Assembly (NCBI GenBank): GCA_029259015.1
Contig: JAPDJQ010000059.1
Span: 1 to 46,378, forward strand
Direction: 5' to 3'
Origin: Thermoplasmatota archaeon
GTDB lineage: Archaea > Thermoplasmatota > E2 > UBA202 > JdFR-43
Length of the DNA stretch: 46,378 nt
Positions 9,967-20,600 of the stretch are shown here, piece by piece. Positions within the stretch are counted from its first letter, which is position 1. Each line of letters opens with the position of its first letter. The translations under genes were made by a program, and so were the position numbers. The notes under the pieces were generated by a model, which was not told the origin of the DNA, ran no database searches, and was given only the letters and a program-made list of their open reading frames with translations.

Positions 9967-11923
9967 TTACGAAAATCTCTACCTCTTCACTCTTTTTATT
10001 TCCTGCATTGTCATATGCAATAACTTTTACTGTATGTGTTCCAAATACTTTTTCTTCCCATGTCCATTCATATGGAGTTGTGGTATCTTCAGCCTTATAT
10101 TCTCCATCGATATAGAATTCTACTTTTGCAATACCTGCAAGTTCATCTGTTGCCTGCGCAACTATTGTTATTTTTCCAATAATTATAGCTTTCTGGCCAA
10201 GTATTGGCAACACTTCTCTATCAAAAATGTAAAGCTTGCCAGGATGTGGTTTTTCAATAGCCAAGGAAGGCTTTGAATTATCAACAGTAAATTTGGCTGA
10301 AATATCTTTGCCTGTATTTCCTACTTCATCTACAGCAGAGATTTGTATTAAATATTCATTGCCATCTTCCAAGCCAGTTGTATTCCATAAATACTCGCCA
10401 TCATTTTCTGTGTTTCTAACTATTCTATGCCATGTTAGGCCATTGTTTGGGCTGTATTTTATTGTTATACCTGTTATCTCTCCATTGTCTGTTGCTTCCC
10501 ATTTTATTAAAACTTCTCCTCCTACAACTTCTCCTCCTACAGGAAATACAACTTCAACATGTGGAGGAGATAAATCTTCGATTTCAAATTGATATACGCT
10601 GCTAACATTTGAATTGCCTGAAGTGTCGATGGCATAAATGTAGAATTCATAGGTGCCAATTAAATTGTATGACCTGCTGGAATAATATATGCTATCTGTT
10701 TTATTCTGGAAAATGCTGAAGTTTTCGTAGCTTCCATCTGGATATGTTACATTAATGCGAACATCTTCAACAGCTACATTATCTGTTACGCTGGCAGAGA
10801 TGGTTAAATTTTTACCCACATCCTGTATAGCAGGGCTTGCTGCCACATCTTCTATTGCTGGAGGGATAAAGTCTCCTTCTATTATTTCAAATTGGTATGT
10901 GGCAGAAATAGCTTCATTTCCATTTACATCTCTTGCATATATAGAGAAGTTATATATGCCAGCAAGGGAATATGCCTGGTTGAAATAATATTTGCTGTTA
11001 TGCTGCATTATAAATTCATGGAAGGTTGCATCAGGATATGTTATATTCACTTTTACTTCAGCAACACCAAAATCATCTGTTACAGTGCATGAAATGTTGA
11101 CATATTCATTAATTTGCTGAACATCTGGATTTGCATTTATGTTGCTTATAACTGGCGGAGTATTATCAACTATACTAAATGAATAATTGAGCCATCCAAT
11201 ATTGCCAGCATCATCCATTGCCCTTATTCTGAATGTATAATCTCCTGCATTTAAGTTATAATAACTCTTTTGTTTGGTATAACCCCATGCACTCCAATCT
11301 GTATCATATCCATCGAGCATATATGAAAATGTTATGTTTTCCTCTGGTGATGTATCATCTGTTGCAGTCCATTCAAAATAGATGTCTCTATAGTTTATTA
11401 TTGCAGGAGGATAATCAATTAATGTTATGTCTGGAGGAGTGAAATCTCCCTCTTCAGAGACAGTAACACTTCCATTAATTATATTAACATTTGTACTCCC
11501 CTGAATAACAGCATTTTCAATATTTATATAAGATATACCAGCTGATATTGCTTGAAAAGTAATAATTGCAAGCGTTCCCTCTGTTGTTATATCCTCACTT
11601 GATGCACCTATAATGTATGTGATTGTGCCATTAACATTATCTATTTCTGCTACTCCAGGCAAATCCCCTAGCCAAATATCAAACATTCCTCCATTTTCAA
11701 CACTTATCGCCTGGAGTATGGATGGGTCAAACATAATGTCACATGCTGCTGACGAAATGGGCTCTACAGGGGTGATATTTATTTTCAGTGTAAAAGTTTC
11801 CCCTAAGCCCACAATTTTTTCTTGAGGGACTATTGAGATGGTGTTTAAATCTTCTCCTTTTGAATACCCTGCCAGAATAGAGATGAGTAAAATCGTTATG
11901 ACTATTCCAACCTTTCCTTTCAT
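9953..11923 (-). CDS. Secreted protein with N-terminal cohesin domain and tandem Ig-like domains
   Basis: Signal peptide; cohesin-like ISIVPQEKIV..GETFTLKINI....ISSAACDIMFDPSILQAISVENG...GTLAIITFQA (about 11460-11845); then a Y_Y_Y-like domain and several D..PP-linked Ig folds; no C-terminal TM. Confidence 0.75.
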   Translation of the reverse strand: MKGKVGIVITILLISILAGYSKGEDLNTISIVPQEKIVGLGETFTLKINITPVEPISSAACDIMFDPSILQAISVENGGMFDIWLGDLPGVAEIDNVNGTITYIIGASSEDITTEGTLAIITFQAISAGISYINIENAVIQGSTNVNIINGSVTVSEEGDFTPPDITLIDYPPAIINYRDIYFEWTATDDTSPEENITFSYMLDGYDTDWSAWGYTKQKSYYNLNAGDYTFRIRAMDDAGNIGWLNYSFSIVDNTPPVISNINANPDVQQINEYVNISCTVTDDFGVAEVKVNITYPDATFHEFIMQHNSKYYFNQAYSLAGIYNFSIYARDVNGNEAISATYQFEIIEGDFIPPAIEDVAASPAIQDVGKNLTISASVTDNVAVEDVRINVTYPDGSYENFSIFQNKTDSIYYSSRSYNLIGTYEFYIYAIDTSGNSNVSSVYQFEIEDLSPPHVEVVFPVGGEVVGGEVLIKWEATDNGEITGITIKYSPNNGLTWHRIVRNTENDGEYLWNTTGLEDGNEYLIQISAVDEVGNTGKDISAKFTVDNSKPSLAIEKPHPGKLYIFDREVLPILGQKAIIIGKITIVAQATDELAGIAKVEFYIDGEYKAEDTTTPYEWTWEEKVFGTHTVKVIAYDNAGNKKSEEVEIFVINPL

Positions 11924-11977
11924 TTTAATCCTCCTTAGTATGTAATATATAACTCTATTTAAATTTTCACAAATTAA

Positions 11978-12020
11978 AGAATAAAAAAATAATAAAAAGA
12001 GATGAAAAAAAGAAGAGAGA
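11978..12020 (-). terminator. Archaeal oligo-T terminator after the scaffoldin-like gene
   Basis: Minus strand reads TCTCTCTTCTTTTTTTCATCTCTTTTTATTATTTTTTT directly after the stop codon. Confidence 0.55.
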
Positions 12021-14603
12021 TTAGCTGCTCTTTGTTCTCTTCTTCCACACAGCCACTACTGCAACAGCTATTATTATTAGCACCACTATTATTATCAGAT
12101 AAAGCCATATGTTCACTTTTTCTTCAGTGACTTTAATCTGGAGTACTGTCTGATGTGTTGCCCCATCATTATCTATTACTGTTAGAGTTACATTGTATGT
12201 TCCTGCCTTAATATAGGCATGTGTTGGATTGATTTCATAACTTATGTTTCCATCACCGAAATTCCATGTGTAATTTACTATGTTGCCATCATCGTCAAAG
12301 GATAATGTGGCATTGAATTTTATTTCTTCTCTTATCTTTGGCTTATCTGGCTCATAAGTGAATTTTGCTACTGGCGCAACATTTGCTACTTCTATTATCT
12401 TTTGTGCTGTCTCAGTTGCTCCCTTATCATCTGTTACTGTTAACTTAACAATATATGTGCCATTATCTGCATACTTATGGGTTGGGTTCTGTTCATTGCT
12501 TGTTGTTCCATCTCCAAAGTCCCAGTGCCATGCAACAATCTCGCCATCCTCATCTGTTGATTGATCAGCAAATGTTATTGTATCCAAATCGGTTGGTTGC
12601 TGTGGAGAGAAACTGAAATCTGCTACAGGTGGTTTATTCTTTAATATTTCAAAAGTTACCTGATGTTGCACGCCTTCATTTCCTGCATTATCAACAGCAT
12701 AATATACTATGGTATGGGTTCCTTCAGAGCTTACAACATCACTTCCTGAATTTCCTGGGAATATCTGCCAGTTTCCTCCATCAAGTCTGTATCTAATTTC
12801 TTTTACTCCTGCAAGATTATCAGATGCCTGCAAAACAACTGTTACATCGCTCGTATATTTTCCATCTTCATATGTTCCTTGTAAGGTGTGCGTTGCTGTT
12901 GGCTTTGTTGTATCTACTGATACATCAAATTCATCAGATGCATTATTTCCTGCATCATCCCTTGCATAAAAGCTTATAGTATAGATTCCATCTGATAAAT
13001 TAAATGGCCCAGTATAATCCTGCCATGCTCCATTTACCTTGTACTTAAATTCTGCTAAATTGTCATCAAATGCTGATAATTCAACTGTAACTGTGCTTAC
13101 ATACCATCCGTTTTCTCCTAGGGTGCCCGTAATATTATATGAAAGAGTTGGCAATGTTTTATCTATCTTTATTGTTTCACTCTTCTCTGTCTCTGTATTT
13201 CCTAAATTATCCACTGCATAATAATAAAGAGTATGAATTCCATCTGCTGTTATATCAAATGCTCCTGTATATTCTGTCCAGTTTCCATCATCAATCTTAT
13301 AGTAGATTGCTCCTACGCCACTTCCATTTATATCAACTGCGGTTAAATTAACTGTAACTGTGCTTACATACCATCCGTTTTCTCCTAGGGTGCCAGTCAA
13401 TTCTATACTTGTTACTGGTGGAGTATTGTCGACATATACTGTTACATTATCAATTGGGCTTGTATTATTGAATTCATCTTCAGCGTAATATTCAATATAA
13501 TACATTCCTTCTTCTGGGAGATATATGATGGCGTTTGTATTTACTGCTTCACTCTGCCATCCTTGCCAGCTTCCATTCCATATGCGATAGTAAACAGTGT
13601 AATCATGGGCATCGGTTGCATTAATGTAAATAGGCGTTAAGGATGAAACCCAGTTGCTTCCATTATAATAAGGTGTACCAAACTCAAGTGTCACATCTGG
13701 AGGAGTTAAATCTGCCTCTAGAGTGGCATTTTGTAAAATTGAATAAAGATGTTCTCCATCAACATCTATAATATCCATGTTGGTAATGTTAATGTCTGTT
13801 ACTGCTGTTTGCAACGGCGTAAATTCTATTGTTGCTAAAGTGCCAGCATTTGTTACTCCTGGAGGAATTGGTGTCTGAATAGCAAATATACTCACGACAC
13901 CAGCAACATTATCTATGTTAGGAGTTAGAGTACTAAACAGCCCTCCATCAGTCACTCCAGTTACCTGGAAATAATTTGGATCAAAAGTAATGTCGAAGGT
14001 CATAATAGAGAGTTCGTTTCCATTGGGATCTACAGTAACGTCAAAGAGAGCTGTCTCATTTCCTATCAAATTATAAGCTGGCTCAATCGAAACATATACT
14101 GGATAATTTCTCACTTCAACAGTTGCATTATTTAAAGTTAAATCATATGGAGGTACCAAGCAGTCTCCGCTTGATAGATTTATGAATGCAGTTCCAACTT
14201 TTTCTTTTGCCTTAAAGGTGATTCTAGCAAAAACACCTCCTGAAACAGGTGTAATGTTTTCTCCAAGTGGAACCATTCCCCATATATCACTTATGGTACC
14301 GTTTATGTTGTCTATAGTACCGTTTGAAGCCAATGTATCAAATATATCTCCATTCTCAACCTTGATAGCCGTTAATAAAGAGGCATCAAATGTGAGCCAA
14401 CATTGCACAACGGTAATATTTTCTGCATCTACTACAATGTCCACAGTAAATGTATCATTGAAATAAACCGCCTGATGTGAAGGCAGAATACTCATTGTTG
14501 CTGTTCCATTTTCTCCATGTGAAACAGGTAAAACTAAGGAGAATAATAGAATAAAGGGAAGAGAGGCGATTATTGCTTTCCTTATGCTTTTCATTTTCAT
14601 CAT
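12021..14603 (-). CDS. Membrane-anchored scaffoldin-like protein: 2 cohesins, about 4 Ig-like repeats, 2 PKD domains, C-terminal TM
   Basis: Signal peptide; cohesin 1 (TFTVDIVV...QCWLTFDASLL...VENG...GVFARITFKA) and cohesin 2 (FDVTVDP...FDITFDPNYFQVTGVTDG...GTLATIEF); PKD motifs WHWDFGDG, YTWNFGDG; TM then KKRTKSS; AGGAGG before the ATGs at 14603/14600/14594. Confidence 0.8.
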   Translation of the reverse strand: MMKMKSIRKAIIASLPFILLFSLVLPVSHGENGTATMSILPSHQAVYFNDTFTVDIVVDAENITVVQCWLTFDASLLTAIKVENGDIFDTLASNGTIDNINGTISDIWGMVPLGENITPVSGGVFARITFKAKEKVGTAFINLSSGDCLVPPYDLTLNNATVEVRNYPVYVSIEPAYNLIGNETALFDVTVDPNGNELSIMTFDITFDPNYFQVTGVTDGGLFSTLTPNIDNVAGVVSIFAIQTPIPPGVTNAGTLATIEFTPLQTAVTDINITNMDIIDVDGEHLYSILQNATLEADLTPPDVTLEFGTPYYNGSNWVSSLTPIYINATDAHDYTVYYRIWNGSWQGWQSEAVNTNAIIYLPEEGMYYIEYYAEDEFNNTSPIDNVTVYVDNTPPVTSIELTGTLGENGWYVSTVTVNLTAVDINGSGVGAIYYKIDDGNWTEYTGAFDITADGIHTLYYYAVDNLGNTETEKSETIKIDKTLPTLSYNITGTLGENGWYVSTVTVELSAFDDNLAEFKYKVNGAWQDYTGPFNLSDGIYTISFYARDDAGNNASDEFDVSVDTTKPTATHTLQGTYEDGKYTSDVTVVLQASDNLAGVKEIRYRLDGGNWQIFPGNSGSDVVSSEGTHTIVYYAVDNAGNEGVQHQVTFEILKNKPPVADFSFSPQQPTDLDTITFADQSTDEDGEIVAWHWDFGDGTTSNEQNPTHKYADNGTYIVKLTVTDDKGATETAQKIIEVANVAPVAKFTYEPDKPKIREEIKFNATLSFDDDGNIVNYTWNFGDGNISYEINPTHAYIKAGTYNVTLTVIDNDGATHQTVLQIKVTEEKVNIWLYLIIIVVLIIIAVAVVAVWKKRTKSS
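13083..13394. repeat. Exact 45-bp direct repeat (13083-13127 and 13350-13394) encoding GTLGENGWYVSTVTV
   Basis: AACTGTAACTGTGCTTACATACCATCCGTTTTCTCCTAGGGTGCC occurs twice, 267 bp (89 codons) apart. Confidence 0.92.
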
Positions 14604-14617
14604 CCCTCCTTTAATGC

Positions 14618-17600
14618 TCAACCAGTCCATTTCAGTATTAGCATGTAGATATCATCTGCATTTATTACGCCGTCTTTGTTCAAATCTTCAGGTATCCATC
14701 CTGGGGTGCCTGTTTCCTCCCAGTGTAATATTATCTGGTACAGATCCATTACGTTCACTCTGCCATCTCCATTGATGTCCTCTGGTATTGGTGGTACATA
14801 GCAGCTTGCCTCAGCTGTTGGAGTTGTTGATTTGGCATTGCCTAGGTAGTCCTCTGCATATACATAGAACTCATAGTAGCCAGGCTTGTAATATGTTGGA
14901 TGTGGTGCATATATGAACTGCCATGTATAGCTGTCAACGTCTTCAACGCTTCCATATTCCATCCATGATGTCCATGTTACACCATCTTCGCTGTATCTGT
15001 AGTACAATGTCAACTTCTTCACTCCAACCACATTATCACTTGCAGTAACTGTTATGTTGAATGGCATTGTATCATTTCCTTCTATGGATATACTTGTTAC
15101 TGGAGCTGTATCATCGATTATGAACTTCTGCTTGTACTCATCTGTAATGTGTCCAAGCATGTCTGTTGCCTTGAAGAATATGTGATACAATGTTCCTTCA
15201 GCCAGTCCAAAGGCGGCAGGTGTAAATGAATGACTTGCTGTGTGTGCGCCGTCATAACTTGCTGTCTCATACCATGTTATGCCATCGAAGCTCCAGAATA
15301 TCTTGTCAATGCCTGCATCGTCTTCTTCTGGCATATCTGTTGCATTCAACCATATGAGAGTATCGCTTGTAATTGCATGTCCTATCTCTTCGCCAAGATT
15401 TATTTCAATGCATGGCTGTCCATATTCTTTGGTTATTACCGGTGGCTCAGTATCAGGTATTACCCAGCATTCTGCATCATATGTTCCGTGCTCGAATGGT
15501 GGCTGTTCTTCATTGGCGAGGCAATCATATGCAATTGACTTGAAGCGATACCATCCTGGTCCTTCTGGAGCATCAAATGAGAATGTCCAGTTCGGCACAT
15601 CATTTCTCAGATCCCATGGAACTTCATATGTTGCATATAGCTTCCAGTCTCCAAATGTTACATTGTTGGAGCTGTATGAATAATACACGTCAACCTTGCA
15701 TACACCTATTGGTCCAACTGCCTCGAATCCAAAGTCTTCAATGTCCACCACTGTTATATCAAATGGAACTTCTTCTCTCACATATGGAACTATGTCATCA
15801 ACTCTTGAAATTGGTGGCATTGCATCAACCCATAAGTGCTGCTTGCTTAGCTGGTAGTCTTCGACATGGCTTACGTTATCAACAGACCAGTGAAAGAGTT
15901 CAACTATTCCTGCATCCAAACTTGGATTGGATTCGAAGTAGTCTATGATATCATCATAGCCCATTATCTGGGCAGCCTCATCAACTGTAAACCAGTGCTT
16001 GCTTGTTGTGAATACTCCTGGATAATATGGCTGTTCAAAGGTATCGGCTCCATACTTCCAGAGGAGTATTGGATCCTCCTCCCAGAACTTGTACCATGTT
16101 TCATTCACGCCACTATCCCAGATGAAATTGTCTGTTCCATTGAGCCATATCTTTGTGCTTGGAGATACCCAGTGTATTACTTCTCCTCCCGCAATCTCCT
16201 GCTCAATAACTGGTTCGCTGAATTCTTTCTTGGTGCGTGGTGGTGTGCAGTCAATACATACATCCTGTTTCTGTTCGCCAATTGTCATGTTGTTGTAGTC
16301 ATACACCTCCCAGTGTATCTCATACTTGCCACATGGATCTCCATTAACGAGTTCTCCGAGATGTATCCATATTGCAAAGTAGTCATCCCAGTATCCTCCA
16401 TCATAGAATATTCCATCATATGGTGAGGAATCATACAATGAATATGCCCTCGTCCATGGAATTATTGGCTCCCAGTATCCAGCTCCTCCAAACACATCTC
16501 TTATCTTCAGTGTCCATACACCAGTGAAATCAATATCCTCAACATGGTACCATCCATCATCGTACATGGTGTCGTATGGAGATGTCCAATATACATACAT
16601 GTAATCAGAAACGCTCCAGTTGCCGTCTCCGTTGGTATCTATCCAGTCATAGATATAGCCAGCTTCTTCTCCTTCGATATACACTGTTGCTCCGTAATAT
16701 AGTGTTGGTAACTCATTTGTTAACAACTGTATCTCAACCTCATTTGATACCCATCTCCAGACAGTGTAATCAATATACCATATTCCAGTCTGACACTCTG
16801 TATTATTTGGCAGGTCTGTTGCATTTATTATGAACCATGTACAGTTCTGGAAGTATATTGTGTTGTCTGGGCCGTAATAAACATTACCATTACTCACTTC
16901 AAACTCTATATCTGTTACAGGTGCTTCATCATCTACGCCAACATGCCATACATTTGGCTCTTCAGTGTTGCACAAGTCATCCTTGCTGAAGTAATACAGC
17001 CAGTGCTCGCATCCTTCTGTGAAGTTGAATGGTTCTGTGTATTTCATCCACCAGTAACCATCAATTTCATCTGCATAACTCGATACGTTTATATCTCCGC
17101 CCCAGATAGCACCAGGTGTTTCAGCAGTTGGATAGTATTCATACTCTCCACTGCTCTCATTATACCATACCCATCTGTAGTATGTTGCATTGCTCCAGTT
17201 GTATGGATATATGCATGGCTCTGTGCCATAATGAATTGCTGTAAGATTGATGTAATCATTTATGCATATGACAGATGGAAGAGAACCTCTGCCATAACCA
17301 TCGTAATAGTCATTCTTCGGTATTTCTGGATGGTCCGCCCATTCAACTGTTAGCTCTGTATATGGAGCTGTTCCATCAACATACCAGCGCTCGTGGAATA
17401 TCTCTGTTCTGTGGCATACATTGTCTTTGGCAAAGTAATACAAGTCGTGTATACATTCCTCATTGAATATTATGTCTACCTCATCGTCATATACAACATA
17501 CCACCAGTAATCAGTTATATTTTCGTCGGTATATCCATATCTTTCTGCTAATTCTTTTCCATGTACAATCTCATCATATCCAGTTCCATATCCGTCTCCT

Positions 17601-20600
17601 TGTGGTGGATATGGATATTCCTCTCCGCCAGTCTCATATCTCCAGAATATTGCCTCAACACCTGCATCACACTCGCTATCTATTGGTTGATCTATAACTT
17701 CAAGATGTATTGGTGCTCCTTCTCTCAGGAAGCCTAATGATGTGATGTTGATGTTATCAACAGCCCAATACTCATTATAATAACCTGAGCCAGTGAATCC
17801 GTCTCCATAGTTTGTAGTGAATCTAAATGCTATGTAAACATCCTTACCAGCATAATCCCATAATGAGATATCTACTGTTCCTGATTCACTGTAATTACTT
17901 GCATCCCAACTCCTGAGCACGGTAAAGTCAGCTGGATCTGTTCCTGTTGTCGATATTAGCACCTCTCCTTTTCCTCTGTTGCAATACCATTCATTATAGA
18001 ATGTCAGATTGCTGAATTTCGGCAAGTTTGGAATCAATGGGCTAATGAGCCATTCATCCTGCTCGCCATGCCATGGCATAATTAAAGCAGCGCTGTAACG
18101 GAATAGATTTGAATCGGGATGTGACCATCTATCCCATGTCTGATAATCTGTATCGTTGATGGCATCATAGTCTCCATAACTCTTTTCCATCCAGCCAGCT
18201 GGTGGGAAGCTTCGTTCAAATCCATCTTCAAATGTTGTCTCTGTTATTTCTCTTATTTCAACCTTTACGTCGTCAACATACCAGCCACCGTCTTTAACAG
18301 AATTGTCACTGTAAAATCTATATCTTATATACACCGTTTGTCCAATATAGCCACTTATATCAACGAATTCCTGTACCCAATCTCTGCTTCCAGTATATGT
18401 TGCAAGTGTTGTCCATGTTGTTCCGTCTGTGCTTATCTCAACATAACCATAATCGGCATCCTCCTCCATGTCATATGTATGCCAGAACATGAGCATTGCT
18501 TTCTTGCCAGTATATGTTGCATCTGTTAAATCAATTGCTGGAGATATTAGGGCATCGTTCATGCAATTGAGGTACATACTGCTTGAGTCATCTCCACACC
18601 ACCATGAATGATTATACGAATGATAATCAGTATCCACAATATGCCATCTGCTTGTTTCAAGCATTTCTCCGACCCAATTGCTCATATCGGGACTGCCAAC
18701 AGTTCCGAAATCATCAAAGAAGAATGGAGTTGTTGAATTGGAAACATTCACACTATCGATGAATACTCCATTTGCAGGCACTGCATCATCATCGCTGACG
18801 AAACGGAATCTTATCCATACGGTATCATTTCCAATATAATCTGATAAATCAATTGATTCCCATTCCCATGACTGATCTGCTGTAAATGTTGCCAAAATAT
18901 CCCAGTTACTGCTATCATTGCTTGCCTCAACATATAGTGTATCTCCACTCACATCCATCCATAATGTAAAGTTAAGCCAGACTGTATCAGACGGATCTAA
19001 AGATGAGAGATCTATCGGATTAGCAATCGTCAATGTATCATTCCAGTTGCAACCATACTGTCCAAAGCCATTATAGTTTGGCAAACTTCCGTCATAACAG
19101 TTGACTGCTGGTGCAGGCGGAGTATCCAGATAAACAGGTACTCTATTCACTGCAGTCCAATAGCTACCAGTAACTGTCAAGTCCTCAATATCCCATGCCA
19201 TGCTATCTTCAATGTCATCCTCAAATGGTGTAGCTATGCGATGTATGCCGCCGATCCACACATCATCAATGTATATCTCTCCGCTTATAACATGGAATCC
19301 TATGTATATTTCCTGTCCAGCATATGCAGATAAATCAACCTCTACTCTTCTATACATGGAATCTGTGAATGTACCAGATGTCCATAGCTGAGTGACGAAA
19401 GCAGTTGTCTCTGTCTGATCTGGATCAGTTGATACCTTTACTTCGAATTCTCCATTACCCATATAATAGAATGTGAGGTTGCCATCTTGTGGAACTGTAA
19501 TACGTGGGCTAATAAGCCATCCATCCTCACCATAAGCACAATATCTACCAGAACGAGGCATATTATCCCAGTATGGCCACCAGTCACTTATGCGATACCA
19601 GTCTCCTACCACTGCCCAATCAGTAAATGGAACTTCGAAGTCCTCAAATAATGACTGTGTTGCATTACCAATTGCACCATGCTCCGGCAATGTTTCTTCT
19701 ATAATTGGTGGAGAAGCATCAACAAAGTATACCTGATGATGTACAGTGCTGTTATGACATGCTCTATCCTTAGCCCAGTAATACAAATCATGTCTGCATT
19801 CTTCATCAAATGATATGTTTGTCTCATTGTCATATACAACATACCACCAGTATCCTGTTATGTTCTCATCATATCCATATATGGCGAACTGGCTACCATT
19901 TATTGCTCCATATTCTCCCTCCTGTGGATATTCTGTGTCATTCCACACATATCTCCAGAATATTGCCTCTATACCAGATGGACACTCGCCTGGATCCTCT
20001 GCGGTAAGTGTAATATTTACGCCTGCCTTCAGATAATAGGTGACATTTTCAATTTCAACCCACCAGTGCCATATACCTTCTCTCAAGAATTCCCAGTTAT
20101 CATAAACATAAACATATACGTAGTGGGTACTTTGTGGAGAAACTTCTACAGTAAATGTTATCGAGTCTAAATTGGTTCCATTTTCAAGCGTTATACCGTC
20201 ATCGCCCTCTACTTCTTCTATATGGAAGGTGAGTATAGCTGCCTTGTTTGGATCGTTGTTAGTGATAGTGAATCTTGCATAAGTATACTTATCAATGTAA
20301 TTGCCCGCCTGTTGCTGCATCCATCCGCCACCATACCAGTCTGTCCATTCATCAATGACTTTGAAGAAACCTTCATACTTATTTGAGCCATCATCATGCC
20401 ATCGATCAACTTCTATTTCTACTGGTGTATAATATCCATGTTCTGGATGTTTCTTATAAACTACTGGGTTGTATTCATCAACATGATATACCTGCATATA
20501 TACTGGAGTATGATGACACACGTTATCCTTAGCCCAGTAATACAGCCAGTGTATGCATTCCTCACGGAAGTGCACACCGATGCTATCGTCATACACATAC

